DNA of 64,000 bases, taken from the NCBI GenBank assembly GCA_018062815.1, contig JAGORM010000002.1:92325-156324 (forward strand). Reading direction: 5' to 3'. The notes below the pieces were generated by a model. That model was not told the origin of the DNA, did not search any database, and worked only from the letters and a program-made list of their open reading frames with translations. Every line of letters begins with the position of its first letter. Positions within the stretch are counted from its first letter, which is position 1. A program made the translations under genes and the position numbers. Shown here one piece after another: positions 36,011 to 46,122 of the stretch. The stretch is from Candidatus Levyibacteriota bacterium (GTDB lineage Bacteria; Patescibacteriota; Microgenomatia; Levybacterales; GWA1-39-11).

Positions 36011-36482
36011 GAAAGCACTTATTGTTGGGAGATTTCAGCCATTTCACTTGGGGCATAAATATTTAATAGAGAAAGCGCTTGAGCTTGCAGACACTGTCAT
36101 AATAGGGTTAGGAAGCTCAAATATTACTGATGATAAAAATCCATTTAGTCTTGAGACAAGGAAAAGTTTTATACAAGAGTTTTTAATTCAGGAAAAATTA
36201 AATTCCAAAATCTTAGAAATAATTCCAATAGAAGATGTTCCAAATGATGATGAATGGATGAGGATTATAGAGGGAAAAGTAAAAGAGATAGATGTTGTAA
36301 TTGGGGATAACGATTGGGTTAATGGAATTTTTGAGAAAAGAAAAATTCCGGTTGTCAAAATAGGATATTTAAAAAGACATATTCTTACAGGCACAGAAAT
36401 AAGGAAGAACATGAAAGAAAAAAAATCATGGGAGGAGAGGGTCCCTTCATATTTAGTTCCGTATATTAAAAACGCAGTATAA
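35958..36482 (+). CDS. nicotinamide-nucleotide adenylyltransferase (NadM/archaeal-type cytidylyltransferase fold)
   Basis: ALIVGRFQPFHLGHKYLIE shows the (H/T)xGH nucleotidyltransferase motif in the GRFQPFHxGH context. The true start is likely MAKYKK near 35997, overlapping the upstream gene end. Confidence 0.65.
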   Translation: MKGLMRKKGKNIYMAKYKKALIVGRFQPFHLGHKYLIEKALELADTVIIGLGSSNITDDKNPFSLETRKSFIQEFLIQEKLNSKILEIIPIEDVPNDDEWMRIIEGKVKEIDVVIGDNDWVNGIFEKRKIPVVKIGYLKRHILTGTEIRKNMKEKKSWEERVPSYLVPYIKNAV

Positions 36483-36528
36483 GCGGTTTATTTAGCAAAA
36501 GCAGAAAGATAATTGGTATAGTAATTAT

Positions 36529-37185
36529 GTGGCAATATTATTCTTTGTTGAATTGTTGATTCTTTTTTTTATTTCTCAAAAAACGACTCAAAGCATTTCC
36601 CAATTTTTATACAAAATAACGAAAAGTAAAAGGATAACAATATTTTTTCTTGCGTTCTTATTTCTTCCGGGGACAATAATTCATGAGTTTTCACATGCTA
36701 TAGCTGCTGCTATTACAGGTGTGCGGGTAGGAAGAATGGATTTAATGCCAGAATACATTCAAGGTGGCTTAAAGCTTGGGAGTGTTCAGGTGGGGAAAGC
36801 AGATATTGTGCGCAATTTTTTTATTGGTATTGCGCCATTTATAAGTGGGACAATACTGCTTCTGGTTATTATTTATATCGTGTTATCATATTCATTTTTT
36901 GCATCATTTGGAATAACAATTCTTAGTCTTTATTTAGTTTTTGTGATTTCAAATACTATGTTTTCATCAAGAAAGGATATGGAGGGCGCAGTCGAATTTT
37001 TTATACTTATTGCAGTTTTTTTACTGGCATTTTACTTACTTGGCTTACGGTTTGATACAATCAGCTTGAATTTTTTATCAATTTTTAATCACATGTTTAA
37101 AATCGGCTCTTACTATTTATTAGTACCATTAGGAATTGATATTTTTATAATCACGTTTACTGCAATAATATTTAGAAGCCACTAG
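36529..37185 (+). CDS. polytopic membrane protein with an HExxH motif (putative membrane-embedded metalloprotease)
   Basis: TIIHEFSHAIAAAITG sits within a TM region; about 6 TM helices. Confidence 0.3.
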   Translation: MAILFFVELLILFFISQKTTQSISQFLYKITKSKRITIFFLAFLFLPGTIIHEFSHAIAAAITGVRVGRMDLMPEYIQGGLKLGSVQVGKADIVRNFFIGIAPFISGTILLLVIIYIVLSYSFFASFGITILSLYLVFVISNTMFSSRKDMEGAVEFFILIAVFLLAFYLLGLRFDTISLNFLSIFNHMFKIGSYYLLVPLGIDIFIITFTAIIFRSH

Positions 37186-37189
37186 ATTG

Positions 37190-38884
37190 TTACCTCCAGA
37201 AATAGTAGAAAGGAGTGTTTTTGGACTTGTTAACGGAAATTTCATTAGTTGCTGAGTTGTTATTTTGATCATACGCAACTACCTTTACTTTGTGTTGCCC
37301 CTTAGATATATTTTTTGTATTCCATGAATAGGTAAATGGTCTTTGAGTATCAACCCTATTTAATTTTCCGTCGATATAAAACTCTACTGCTGAAACGTTT
37401 CTATTATCTGTTGCGTTAACTTGAATTGACGTTGTATTTTTAGATATTAAGGAATTGTTTCCTGGATTTAGAATTACAATTTCAGGCGCGAGTGTATCAG
37501 CTGCGACGGGTGTAGCTGTAGGACGAATAGTTGGCGTTGGTGTTGGAGGTCTGGGTGTAGCTGTAGGACGAATAGTTGGCGTTGGTGTTGGAGGTCTGGG
37601 TGTAGCTGTAGGCAGAGGAGTGACCTTTGCAGTTGGAGTAGGATTTTGCGTAATGGTTGTTGGAGATACAGTTGTTACTGTAGGAGATGGAAGAATTAAA
37701 TTCAGAGTAAATGGTCTCCTATACATTGTGTGATAGACAGTGTTATGTTGTCCTTTTGAATAGTATAAATATCCATTCTGATTAGTTTCCCATGCACCGG
37801 GTGTATTTGGAGAAATTAGGGTAGCGTAGTAATACCATACGTCTCCAGTTGCTAAGCTTCCAAGATTTTTAGGAAATGTGATCGGTATCATTTGAGGCGT
37901 TTCAAAAAAAATTCCATCTGTAGACAGAGTGGTGTAAAAACCGTTTGATGCCTGAAATAAAAGCAGATACCTATTAAGATATGTATTAAAGCTTATGTTT
38001 GCAAGAGAAATAAATACACTTTCAGAGACCGGTTCAGGACGGGAGATAACAGGCGTGCTTTCTCCTCCCAAGCCTGGAGTAGAGAATTCCCCGTTATGCC
38101 ATTTTTTATAACTTCCTGGAATAGCGGCTAAATTGAATGGTGCACGGGCTAGATATATTTGATCAGGACTACCAGTACTCCAATCTGTGTAATATACATA
38201 AATGTAATCTCCGATTTTTATAGCCGAGGGTTGGCCGGCGCCACTTACTCGTGGTTTATCGCAACTTACATCATGTGTTCTTCCTGTAATTATTGCGCCT
38301 TTGCGGTTCCATGATATTCCTCCATCGGTAGATGTAGCTACCCCAACCGTTGCAGTATAAGGATTATTTGGTTTTCCTGGGCAGTGATGTTCAGCGTGAT
38401 AAATTCCGATTAGCTCTCCAGGGTTTTGACCAGGCAATACACTCCCGAATCCCACATAATCCGCGTCAAATTCACTACCCCCAGGATTGCTAGGGAGAAA
38501 AATAGGAATAGGGTTTCCGCTTGATGTTCTTGCTTGAGGAGTTAAATTGTTTAAATCTGACCCGCTATATCTATATGATCTCACCTCCGAAGTAAGCCAG
38601 AGTTTTATGCCGTTTGCGTCTTTTACCATGGAAAGGGTAGTATCAGGCCAGCTTCCCAATAATTCGTTGGGAATGTTTGGAAAACCTGCTTCCTCAGCTC
38701 CCAGCGTTATTGTGTATTGTGTACTGCTTTGAGCAGGTGCCCTGTAGTCAAAAAGATGATTTGTTTTCAAAAGAGCATATGTTCCGATACCCAAAATTGC
38801 TAAGACAATAATAGAGAAGTAAGGATTGCCAATAAGTCGGCGAAGTGAAAATTTATTTTTTTTCCTTTGGATAGCTTTCACCAT
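37190..38884 (-). CDS. secreted or membrane-anchored protein with a beta-propeller/glycosidase-like N-terminal domain, a PT repeat linker and a C-terminal Ig-like domain
   Basis: N-terminal TM. The linker has PRPPTPTPTIRPTAT repeated. The C-terminal segment VEFYIDGKLNRVDTQRPFTYSWNTKNISKGQHKVKVVAYD resembles an Ig-like domain. Confidence 0.45.
   Translation of the reverse strand: MVKAIQRKKNKFSLRRLIGNPYFSIIVLAILGIGTYALLKTNHLFDYRAPAQSSTQYTITLGAEEAGFPNIPNELLGSWPDTTLSMVKDANGIKLWLTSEVRSYRYSGSDLNNLTPQARTSSGNPIPIFLPSNPGGSEFDADYVGFGSVLPGQNPGELIGIYHAEHHCPGKPNNPYTATVGVATSTDGGISWNRKGAIITGRTHDVSCDKPRVSGAGQPSAIKIGDYIYVYYTDWSTGSPDQIYLARAPFNLAAIPGSYKKWHNGEFSTPGLGGESTPVISRPEPVSESVFISLANISFNTYLNRYLLLFQASNGFYTTLSTDGIFFETPQMIPITFPKNLGSLATGDVWYYYATLISPNTPGAWETNQNGYLYYSKGQHNTVYHTMYRRPFTLNLILPSPTVTTVSPTTITQNPTPTAKVTPLPTATPRPPTPTPTIRPTATPRPPTPTPTIRPTATPVAADTLAPEIVILNPGNNSLISKNTTSIQVNATDNRNVSAVEFYIDGKLNRVDTQRPFTYSWNTKNISKGQHKVKVVAYDQNNNSATNEISVNKSKNTPFYYFWR
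37512..37612. repeat. perfect 45-bp tandem direct repeat (2 copies plus an 11-bp partial third)
   Basis: gtagctgtaggacgaatagttggcgttggtgttggaggtctgggt occurs at 37512..37556 and again at 37557..37601. It is in frame and encodes PRPPTPTPTIRPTAT. Confidence 0.85.
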
Positions 38885-38976
38885 GAGTTAAGCGTATTAT
38901 CTGTTAGGACTATTTGTCAAGTGTATGTTTAAAATGTCTATTGACAATTGAGTGAAAGACTGACAATAATAAATAT

Positions 38977-39531
38977 ATGCCAAAATCAGCCACTCACGAA
39001 ACATTACGTCACCATCACAATTTACTACTTCTTTGTATACTTGCTCTATTTGTAATTCTTGGAATTTTAGGCTTTAAATACTTAACAGTGAAAAAGGAAT
39101 GGCGTGGCCATGCTGTTCAGCTTCAAGGAGGAATTCAGAAATACCAAGACCTTGAATCTATTGAGGAGGCAAACATTATAGGTACAACAGTAACTTCATT
39201 CCCTCCAATTATTCCGCTTATTAAAATTCCAGGTCAATTGCAATCGTACATAGAGGCAATTGGTAAGGAAACGGGAAGAGATATAGTAGTAGTTGATAAA
39301 AACAAGAAAATAATAGCTGATACTAATCCTGCTGAAGTTGGACAGACTTATAATTTCGATACAAACGGAGAACTTGCAAAGACTATGTTTGATGGGACTC
39401 CACGTTCTTTCACAGAAAAGAGCACTGCTTACCCGGACGGAATTATACTGGAGACTGTTCAATTAAAAGACTCGAAAGGAACTATTATAGGAGCAATTCT
39501 TATCTCCCCATCGAACGTATTTAGTAAATAA
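38977..39531 (+). CDS. hypothetical membrane-anchored protein
   Basis: N-terminal TM; no motif. Confidence 0.35.
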   Translation: MPKSATHETLRHHHNLLLLCILALFVILGILGFKYLTVKKEWRGHAVQLQGGIQKYQDLESIEEANIIGTTVTSFPPIIPLIKIPGQLQSYIEAIGKETGRDIVVVDKNKKIIADTNPAEVGQTYNFDTNGELAKTMFDGTPRSFTEKSTAYPDGIILETVQLKDSKGTIIGAILISPSNVFSK

Positions 39532-39575
39532 TTTCCTATATACTCCAATACTTTACTTATGATACAATCCTTCAC

Positions 39576-40238
39576 ATGATAAATGTGCTTATCCCTACTG
39601 GGAAAATGGACCTGCTTGTATCCGTATACATTTTTTGCATAGTTGCCTCTGAGTTAATGGGTGCAAAGACATTTCCTCTTGTAAATATTTTAGGTTATCA
39701 ACTGAATGCAAGTATTGCGATATTTTTATTTCCTTTTATTTTTACCATAAACGATATTGTCGCTGAAGTATACGGTAAAGAGCGCGCAAGAAGTGTTGTA
39801 AGATCAGGAATTTTTATTGTGTTCCTTTTATTTCTTTTCACTATTCTCGCAACATCCCTGCCTCCATCTATGAGATTTACAAGAAGTGAGAGTGCATATG
39901 ACACAATTTTTAGTTTTTCCACAAGACTTGCAGCAGCATCACTTATTGCGCTAATAATTTCAGAATTTACAGACGTGTATATTTTTTTAAAAATTAAAAA
40001 AAAATTAGGTCACAAAGCACTTTGGTTTCGTAACAACATCTCAAATGTTATAGCTCAATTGTGCGATACGGTTTTATTTATAACCTTAGCTTTTTACGCG
40101 CTTGATAAGCCCGTTCACGACAATATAATATTTCTTTCAAGTATAATACTTCCATATTGGCTTCTGAAGTGTTTCGCATCTATAATTGAGACTCCTTTTG
40201 TCTACTTAGGTGTTAAGTGGCTAAGAGAGAAAAAGTAA
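39576..40238 (+). CDS. queuosine-precursor transporter (YhhQ/DUF165 family)
   Basis: ASIAIFLFPFIFTINDIVAEVYGKERARSVV... with 6 TM helices is typical of YhhQ. Confidence 0.6.
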   Translation: MINVLIPTGKMDLLVSVYIFCIVASELMGAKTFPLVNILGYQLNASIAIFLFPFIFTINDIVAEVYGKERARSVVRSGIFIVFLLFLFTILATSLPPSMRFTRSESAYDTIFSFSTRLAAASLIALIISEFTDVYIFLKIKKKLGHKALWFRNNISNVIAQLCDTVLFITLAFYALDKPVHDNIIFLSSIILPYWLLKCFASIIETPFVYLGVKWLREKK

Positions 40239-40775
40239 GTGTCCTCCATGAATATTATTCTACTTGCGGTCTCCAGCATTAATGGGAAAATAACGTCTGA
40301 TAAGAATTCCGATATTTATATGTGGACAAGTAAGGAGGATAAAGAAATATTTTTTTCAGAAATTAATAACGCAGAAGTTATATGTATGGGATCAAAAACA
40401 TACGACTCAGCAAGGCATCTTATGGTACACAAAAAGGGGAGAGTAAGAATAGTCTTTACAAGAAACAAAAAAAGATACAAAAATGAGGAAATACCAGGAT
40501 GTCTTGAATTTACTACAGAAGCACCAAAAAAGATTATAGCTAAATACAAACAAAATGGGGTAAGGCAAGTGTTAGTGGTTGGGGGAGGAGAGATTAATTC
40601 ACTATTTCTCAAACAAAAACTTATTTCCAAAATTTACCTTACCATAGAGCCGGTCATTTTAGGCAAAGGAAAACCTCTCATTAAAGATGTTGAAGCATAT
40701 TGTAATCTAAAGCTAGAGAGCGCTAAGAAGTTAAATAAAAAAGGTACCATGCGTTTAATTTATAAAGTGGTCTAG
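40239..40775 (+). CDS. dihydrofolate-reductase-like (RibD C-terminal/YwjB family) protein
   Basis: MNIILLAVSSINGKIT...VLVVGGGEINSLFLKQKLISKIYLTIEPVILGKG. Confidence 0.55.
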   Translation: MSSMNIILLAVSSINGKITSDKNSDIYMWTSKEDKEIFFSEINNAEVICMGSKTYDSARHLMVHKKGRVRIVFTRNKKRYKNEEIPGCLEFTTEAPKKIIAKYKQNGVRQVLVVGGGEINSLFLKQKLISKIYLTIEPVILGKGKPLIKDVEAYCNLKLESAKKLNKKGTMRLIYKVV

Positions 40776-40809
40776 TTTAGAGACTTCGTATCTGATTAAA
40801 TATATCAAT

Positions 40810-42381
40810 ATGAGAAACGCTCTTCAGATAATAGGCATTGTTTTAATTCTACTCCCATTTTATTTTTTTCTTTATAAAATTTTCTCAGTGAGAGCATTAT
40901 CATTTGGATGTTTTGATGATTGCGGAAATTATATGGCGGGGTATTTCATGAATCAAGGTAGAGTGCTGTATTCGGAGATATTCTATAACCATATTATGGG
41001 TGCGGCCTGGCTATCCTATTTTATACAAAAATTTCACAGCTCAATAAATGTTTATGATTTAGTACTTGTTCACAGACAAGTAATATTGATTATCTCATTT
41101 ATGTTTAGTGTAATTTTCATAAAACGATTTGGCTGGTTGGGATTTTATTTTATCGTATTTTATGAGCTGAGTAAATTTTATTTTTTTGGTGACAGATTTT
41201 TGGCTGAATCAATTGTTGTATTTGCAGCGGCCTATTTGGTAGGTGTACTTTTCTATAAGTACCAATACAAACAATTAAAAACTTTTGACATTCTCTTTTC
41301 TGGATTTTTAACTTTTTTAATTATATTTTTACGTGAGCCTTATATTCCATTAGCTGTATTTTTATATACAGCTATTTTATACGGAAAACAGTACAAAAAA
41401 ATAAAAACAGTATCAATTATGATATTTTTATTCTTAATTTTTATTGTCGCAATAAATACACAAGTTAAAGATTTTTTTTTCAACGATTTTACGGTAAATA
41501 TGCAGACTGCAATAAAAGGTGAGATTGGTAGAAATAACACATTTGGTGTTGGGATAATACAGGTGTTTTTCTACCCCGTGTTTATATTTATGTATGGGAA
41601 AATTAACGCATTGCGCTTTTTTGAAGTTGCGCTAAGTATTGCGTTTATTTTTGGAATAGTTTTTGTATTTCTGAAAAAAAGAAAAAGGACAATGGCTATC
41701 CTTGTTGTATTATCACTTGCGCTTGCAAATATACGAGTAACACCTCCCGGGACATCCTACTATGAGGCATATCATATGCTTGTTTGGTACGGTATGTATA
41801 TCTTTATAACTCTAGCACTGCTTATGGTATTAATGAAAAAGTATAAAAAGTTAGGAATCGCGCTTTCTGTAATTCTAGCTGTTTCATGGGGGTATTTGGT
41901 CTTTTTACCGGGATCATATCTGTATGACAAAATAGACCTGCAGGAGCAGCTGCTTACGAATTTTGGAAATGATATGAACATAGGAAATGTTATTAATCAT
42001 TTATCAGATTCATCTGACACGTTATTTTTAGATGGGGGAGATGACATGATTTATTGGGTTTCTAAAAGAAATTCACCTTATAAATACAGTTTATATACGG
42101 GGGTAATGCCACAGATAAAATTGTATAAAGATGCAAGAATTAATATGTTTAAATCTGATCCTCCTGACTTTTTTTATGATTTCTGTTCACCTAGAGCTCC
42201 TTATAATACTCAGCTCCCATCTTTTGTAAAATCATCTTATGTTCAACTCCTTTATAATGGAAAACCTAGCTGTTTATATATAAGAAAAGAAAAGATGAAA
42301 AAAATAACTCCTGCCCAGTGGAGAGCAGCAAATGAGGGGTTTTTTAGTTTATCTCAAAACAAAGAAAATAAAAATGAATAA
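40810..42381 (+). CDS. large polytopic membrane protein (possibly a PMT/ArnT-like glycosyltransferase or polymerase)
   Basis: More than 10 TM helices; no catalytic motif confidently seen. Confidence 0.35.
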   Translation: MRNALQIIGIVLILLPFYFFLYKIFSVRALSFGCFDDCGNYMAGYFMNQGRVLYSEIFYNHIMGAAWLSYFIQKFHSSINVYDLVLVHRQVILIISFMFSVIFIKRFGWLGFYFIVFYELSKFYFFGDRFLAESIVVFAAAYLVGVLFYKYQYKQLKTFDILFSGFLTFLIIFLREPYIPLAVFLYTAILYGKQYKKIKTVSIMIFLFLIFIVAINTQVKDFFFNDFTVNMQTAIKGEIGRNNTFGVGIIQVFFYPVFIFMYGKINALRFFEVALSIAFIFGIVFVFLKKRKRTMAILVVLSLALANIRVTPPGTSYYEAYHMLVWYGMYIFITLALLMVLMKKYKKLGIALSVILAVSWGYLVFLPGSYLYDKIDLQEQLLTNFGNDMNIGNVINHLSDSSDTLFLDGGDDMIYWVSKRNSPYKYSLYTGVMPQIKLYKDARINMFKSDPPDFFYDFCSPRAPYNTQLPSFVKSSYVQLLYNGKPSCLYIRKEKMKKITPAQWRAANEGFFSLSQNKENKNE

Positions 42382-42456
42382 ATATGAGAAATGCATCATT
42401 AAATTAATAAAGTAGCCCTTGAACTTTTTTGTGGTAGGTATAGAATTATTATAGAC

Positions 42457-42909
42457 ATGTTAAGAACAAATGACTATTTTTGGGAAAAAAGATTAGTACC
42501 CTTTATCTCCTCATGGTATCTTTATTTTGCAAGACTTTCTCTTTTTATTATTTATTTCTACTTTGGGTTTATAAAAATACTTGGGAGCTCACCTGCCGGA
42601 CCACTTGTGTACGCACTGGAAAGACAAACTCTTCCTTTGATTCCATTTAATGTTTTTTATATATCTTTTTCTCTTTTTGAAATGTTGATAGGTGTGTTAT
42701 TTTTATTTCCTCGCCTAACTCGGTTAGTATTTATTTTATTTGTTATTCATATCGCAACCACAATGATGCCGCTTTTTATATTACCTGCATATTCGTGGCA
42801 AAGTACTTTTATACCAACAATAGAAGGTCAATATATGATCAAAAATATTGCATTAATTGCCCTTGCTTGCAGCATCTTGGTAAATACGAAAATAAAAAAG
42901 AAAAGTTAG
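42457..42909 (+). CDS. hypothetical membrane protein (4 TM)
   Basis: Hydrophobic ORF. Confidence 0.35.
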   Translation: MLRTNDYFWEKRLVPFISSWYLYFARLSLFIIYFYFGFIKILGSSPAGPLVYALERQTLPLIPFNVFYISFSLFEMLIGVLFLFPRLTRLVFILFVIHIATTMMPLFILPAYSWQSTFIPTIEGQYMIKNIALIALACSILVNTKIKKKS

Positions 42910-42974
42910 TGGACCTCAAGTATTTTACGCGCCTTGAATTTTAAATGAAATTTTTTGTTTGAAGAATACCGAGT

Positions 42975-44627
42975 CTACCAGTTAGTTCTTAAATGAGACA
43001 TCGCATAAGACAAAGTTCCTCCTATTTTTTTTCTGGGATTAAATATGTTCTGGGGATCAAAAATATTTTTTGTTTCAGAAAATAAATCGTATATTTTCTC
43101 TCCGTACATTTGTTTTAAATAAGGTGTTCTTACTAATCCATCGTTGTGTTCTCCCGTAATAGATCCGTGATACGAAATTACAAGATCATATACTTGACGC
43201 GAAATTTCTGGAATTGCTCGTCTTACGGAAGGTTTTGTAATATCAACTAGGGGAATAATATGAAAATTGCCGTCCCCAACGTGACCTGCTACTGTAAAAA
43301 TAAATTCTTTGTGTTTTTTTATGATGCTGACAACTTTTGGAATTACCTCTGCTATATATTCTGGGCGAATTACAAAATCATCTATAAACGGAGCAGTATG
43401 TTTATTTTTTATTTTCTGTCGTAGTAGGTTAAAACTTTCACGTCTTATGAGCCAATATTTTTGTTCCTGATTTTCGATTGCTATTTTCGATTTTGGGTGA
43501 AGTGGCTCAAGTTTTTTTTTCAAAGATGCTATTTTTCGCTTTAATTCTTCAGCATCATTTCCTGTAAAGTCTATTTGTAGGACAAGCTTAGGCAATCCTC
43601 CACGGGCAACCATCATAAATTCCGGCAAAAAAGCAATCCCTGTGCCAATGATCCCTTTTGCCCCCAGTTTTTTCGCAAATTCAGGGAAGTATTTTAATGC
43701 AAGCTTTAGGGTGTTGTCATCGTAAGATTCAAAACTTTCTGGATGCTCGGACATAACTATTTTTATAATTTCCCCAAGGTGAGAGAGGTCATGCAGAAAC
43801 ACTATCATCATCTCTCTGTGCATATGAAGAGGAACCAGATCTATCTTTGCTTCAAGAAGTATCCCGAGTGTTCCTTGTGCGCCGACCCAAAGCTTAGAAA
43901 GATCAAATGTCTTTTCTTCTTTATTGTATACATTCCATAAATTATATCCAGCCGAATTTTTTGACACCATGGGTTTTGCGTCCATTATCTGTTTATAATT
44001 TTTGTCAATTAAATGAAACATTTTTTTATAAATTTCTCCTTCTAGGTTTTTTTGTAACATTTTTTTATTAAGCACATCCTCTGATATCTTATGAAAGTTG
44101 TAAATGTTACCGTCTCGTAAAACAACTTTTACACTGTGTACATATTTTTCAGTTTTCCCGTAATATAAAGACTTCTCTCCTCCAGAGTTATTATTTACAA
44201 TTCCCCCCATAGCGCAAATTTCACGAGAAGCAGGATACGAAGGGAAAATTAGTCCTTCTCGTATTGTCTCTTTTTCAAAATCCCTATAGAAGACTCCAGG
44301 TTCGGTTATAGCAAGCCTATCATCTATTATTGGTGTGTGATTAAAATATTTTCCGAATGCAACAATTATGGAATCGTTTATGCTTCCTCCACCCATATCA
44401 GTTCCCCCAGATCTTGCTGTAAGTGATAGGGTAGGATGATTTTTCTTATGTCTTTCTACAAACGTTACAAGACTTGTAACATCCTTTTCACTTTTAGGAA
44501 AAACAACAAGTTGAGGTTTTACCTCAAACAAACTTGCATCGTGTGAGTATTCAGAAAGAGTATTGGGATCGTTTTCTATATCCCCACTAAAAACTTTTTT
44601 TAGTTCATCTATCAGTTGTTCATCCAT
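42975..44627 (-). CDS. FAD-linked oxidase (PCMH-type FAD-binding; GlcD/D-lactate dehydrogenase-like)
   Basis: SLTARSGGTDMGGGSIN (FAD_binding_4) and C-terminal GHVGDGNFHIIPL...GSITGEHNDGLVR. Confidence 0.75.
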   Translation of the reverse strand: MDEQLIDELKKVFSGDIENDPNTLSEYSHDASLFEVKPQLVVFPKSEKDVTSLVTFVERHKKNHPTLSLTARSGGTDMGGGSINDSIIVAFGKYFNHTPIIDDRLAITEPGVFYRDFEKETIREGLIFPSYPASREICAMGGIVNNNSGGEKSLYYGKTEKYVHSVKVVLRDGNIYNFHKISEDVLNKKMLQKNLEGEIYKKMFHLIDKNYKQIMDAKPMVSKNSAGYNLWNVYNKEEKTFDLSKLWVGAQGTLGILLEAKIDLVPLHMHREMMIVFLHDLSHLGEIIKIVMSEHPESFESYDDNTLKLALKYFPEFAKKLGAKGIIGTGIAFLPEFMMVARGGLPKLVLQIDFTGNDAEELKRKIASLKKKLEPLHPKSKIAIENQEQKYWLIRRESFNLLRQKIKNKHTAPFIDDFVIRPEYIAEVIPKVVSIIKKHKEFIFTVAGHVGDGNFHIIPLVDITKPSVRRAIPEISRQVYDLVISYHGSITGEHNDGLVRTPYLKQMYGEKIYDLFSETKNIFDPQNIFNPRKKIGGTLSYAMSHLRTNW

Positions 44628-44743
44628 ATATTAATTTATGCATAAAAAAACTATTGATGCAACAATTTTATAATTTTTCTTATTTAATAAATTTTATTCT
44701 TCTATTCTTGATTCTTCGGGTGGGTTTCATTTATTATTAATGT

Positions 44744-45415
44744 ATGTCACAAGTAGATTCTGAAGAAAAAAAGATAGAAGGAGATGTCGAGAACATAATA
44801 GATGAAAATAGAGTAGTTAACTTTTCTGATGCAGTATTTGCTTTTGCTGCGACTCTTCTTGTTCTAAAAATTGATATTCCACAAATAAATTCTGGATTTG
44901 TAGAGACACAACTTATTACTTCTCTGGTTAATTTATGGCCGCAGTATTTTGCAAATATAATCTCATTTTTGATAATAGGATATTATTGGCTAACTCATCA
45001 TATGGTTTTCGGATTGCTCAGAAAATTTAACAGAACTGTAGTCTGGATGAATATAGTTTTTCTAATTCTTGTTTCCTTTATTCCTTTTCCGGTTGATTTA
45101 TATGGAGATTTTAATAACGTTCCTGCGGTTGTGGTATTCTATTCAGCTAGTCTTGCGCTGGTAGGATATATGCTTGCAATCATTTGGTGGTATGCATCTG
45201 CAAACAACAGATTAATTTCCCCTGAAATGACCAAGAGAAAAATATCATTTATTACCGCTAAAATACTGGTTGCCCCTGTTGTTTTTACGTTATCTATGCC
45301 TCTAGTTTATTTTCATCCGATCATGGCTCAAGCATCATGGGTACTTATTATTTTAGGTGTTTTTATGATTAACAAGAAATTTCACTATAAATCCTCAACA
45401 GATACTGGAGTTTGA
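44744..45415 (+). CDS. DUF1211/TMEM175-family putative K+ channel
   Basis: RVVNFSDAVFAFAATLLVLKI carries the RxxxFSDGxxAxAxTLLV signature in TM1; 6 TM helices. Confidence 0.55.
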   Translation: MSQVDSEEKKIEGDVENIIDENRVVNFSDAVFAFAATLLVLKIDIPQINSGFVETQLITSLVNLWPQYFANIISFLIIGYYWLTHHMVFGLLRKFNRTVVWMNIVFLILVSFIPFPVDLYGDFNNVPAVVVFYSASLALVGYMLAIIWWYASANNRLISPEMTKRKISFITAKILVAPVVFTLSMPLVYFHPIMAQASWVLIILGVFMINKKFHYKSSTDTGV

Positions 45416-45417
45416 TA

Positions 45418-46086
45418 TTATTGAATGAGAGAAATAGCACGAGAGGCCACCATTCCAATAATGATAAGTGATATTGTTGCCTCCATCATCATCAGAAGCT
45501 TCACTCTTTTAGTGAGCGGTAGAGTATCAGCAGGAGAGAAGCCTGTACTAGTAAAAAATGAGAAAAAAACGTAGTCTAAAAATTTAGGCTTAAAATTATC
45601 CCAACCGGGAATTTTTGATTGATATTGAGGGAAAAGAAGGTCATACCTTGTTTCATTTTCTGCTAATTCACGGGCAACGGGTCCGTTTCGGTCTACAATC
45701 CAATACCACAGCGAAAAAACTAGTAGGCTAGACAGCCAAATAATTAGTGCATCAAGTAAAATCGCTTCTCCGTTTTGACTAATCTGTTTATTTAAAATGA
45801 GCTCAACTAAGTTTACAAAAATGTGGTATGTCATAAAAGCAAGAAGCCCCATAAAGATCCATCTCAGAAATTTACCCATCTTAAAAATTATCCCGAAACA
45901 GCTTGCAATTATGTAAAGAAGATATACGCTAAAAGAAAGAGGAACACTGGTGAAAAAAGTGTAGATATTTTCACTTTTATCAGAAAGATTAGCAAGCAGT
46001 ATGTTGTTAAGAACTGCAATCGCTAGGATAACAATAAATATTTTAAATTCAACTGAAAGAATATTTTTCCCACCTATTTTTGACAT
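45418..46086 (-). CDS. hypothetical polytopic membrane protein
   Basis: 6 TM helices. FTSTGFSP weakly resembles a K-channel filter but lacks GYG/GFG. Confidence 0.3.
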   Translation of the reverse strand: MSKIGGKNILSVEFKIFIVILAIAVLNNILLANLSDKSENIYTFFTSVPLSFSVYLLYIIASCFGIIFKMGKFLRWIFMGLLAFMTYHIFVNLVELILNKQISQNGEAILLDALIIWLSSLLVFSLWYWIVDRNGPVARELAENETRYDLLFPQYQSKIPGWDNFKPKFLDYVFFSFFTSTGFSPADTLPLTKRVKLLMMMEATISLIIIGMVASRAISLIQ

Positions 46087-46122
46087 ATATTAATAATGGC
46101 AAAAATTTAATTAAAAAGAAAG

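Noticed and set aside
45418-46086. K+-channel selectivity filter in the 45418..46086 membrane protein (FTSTGFSP)
   Set aside because: It lacks the G(Y/F)G core. The resemblance is superficial.
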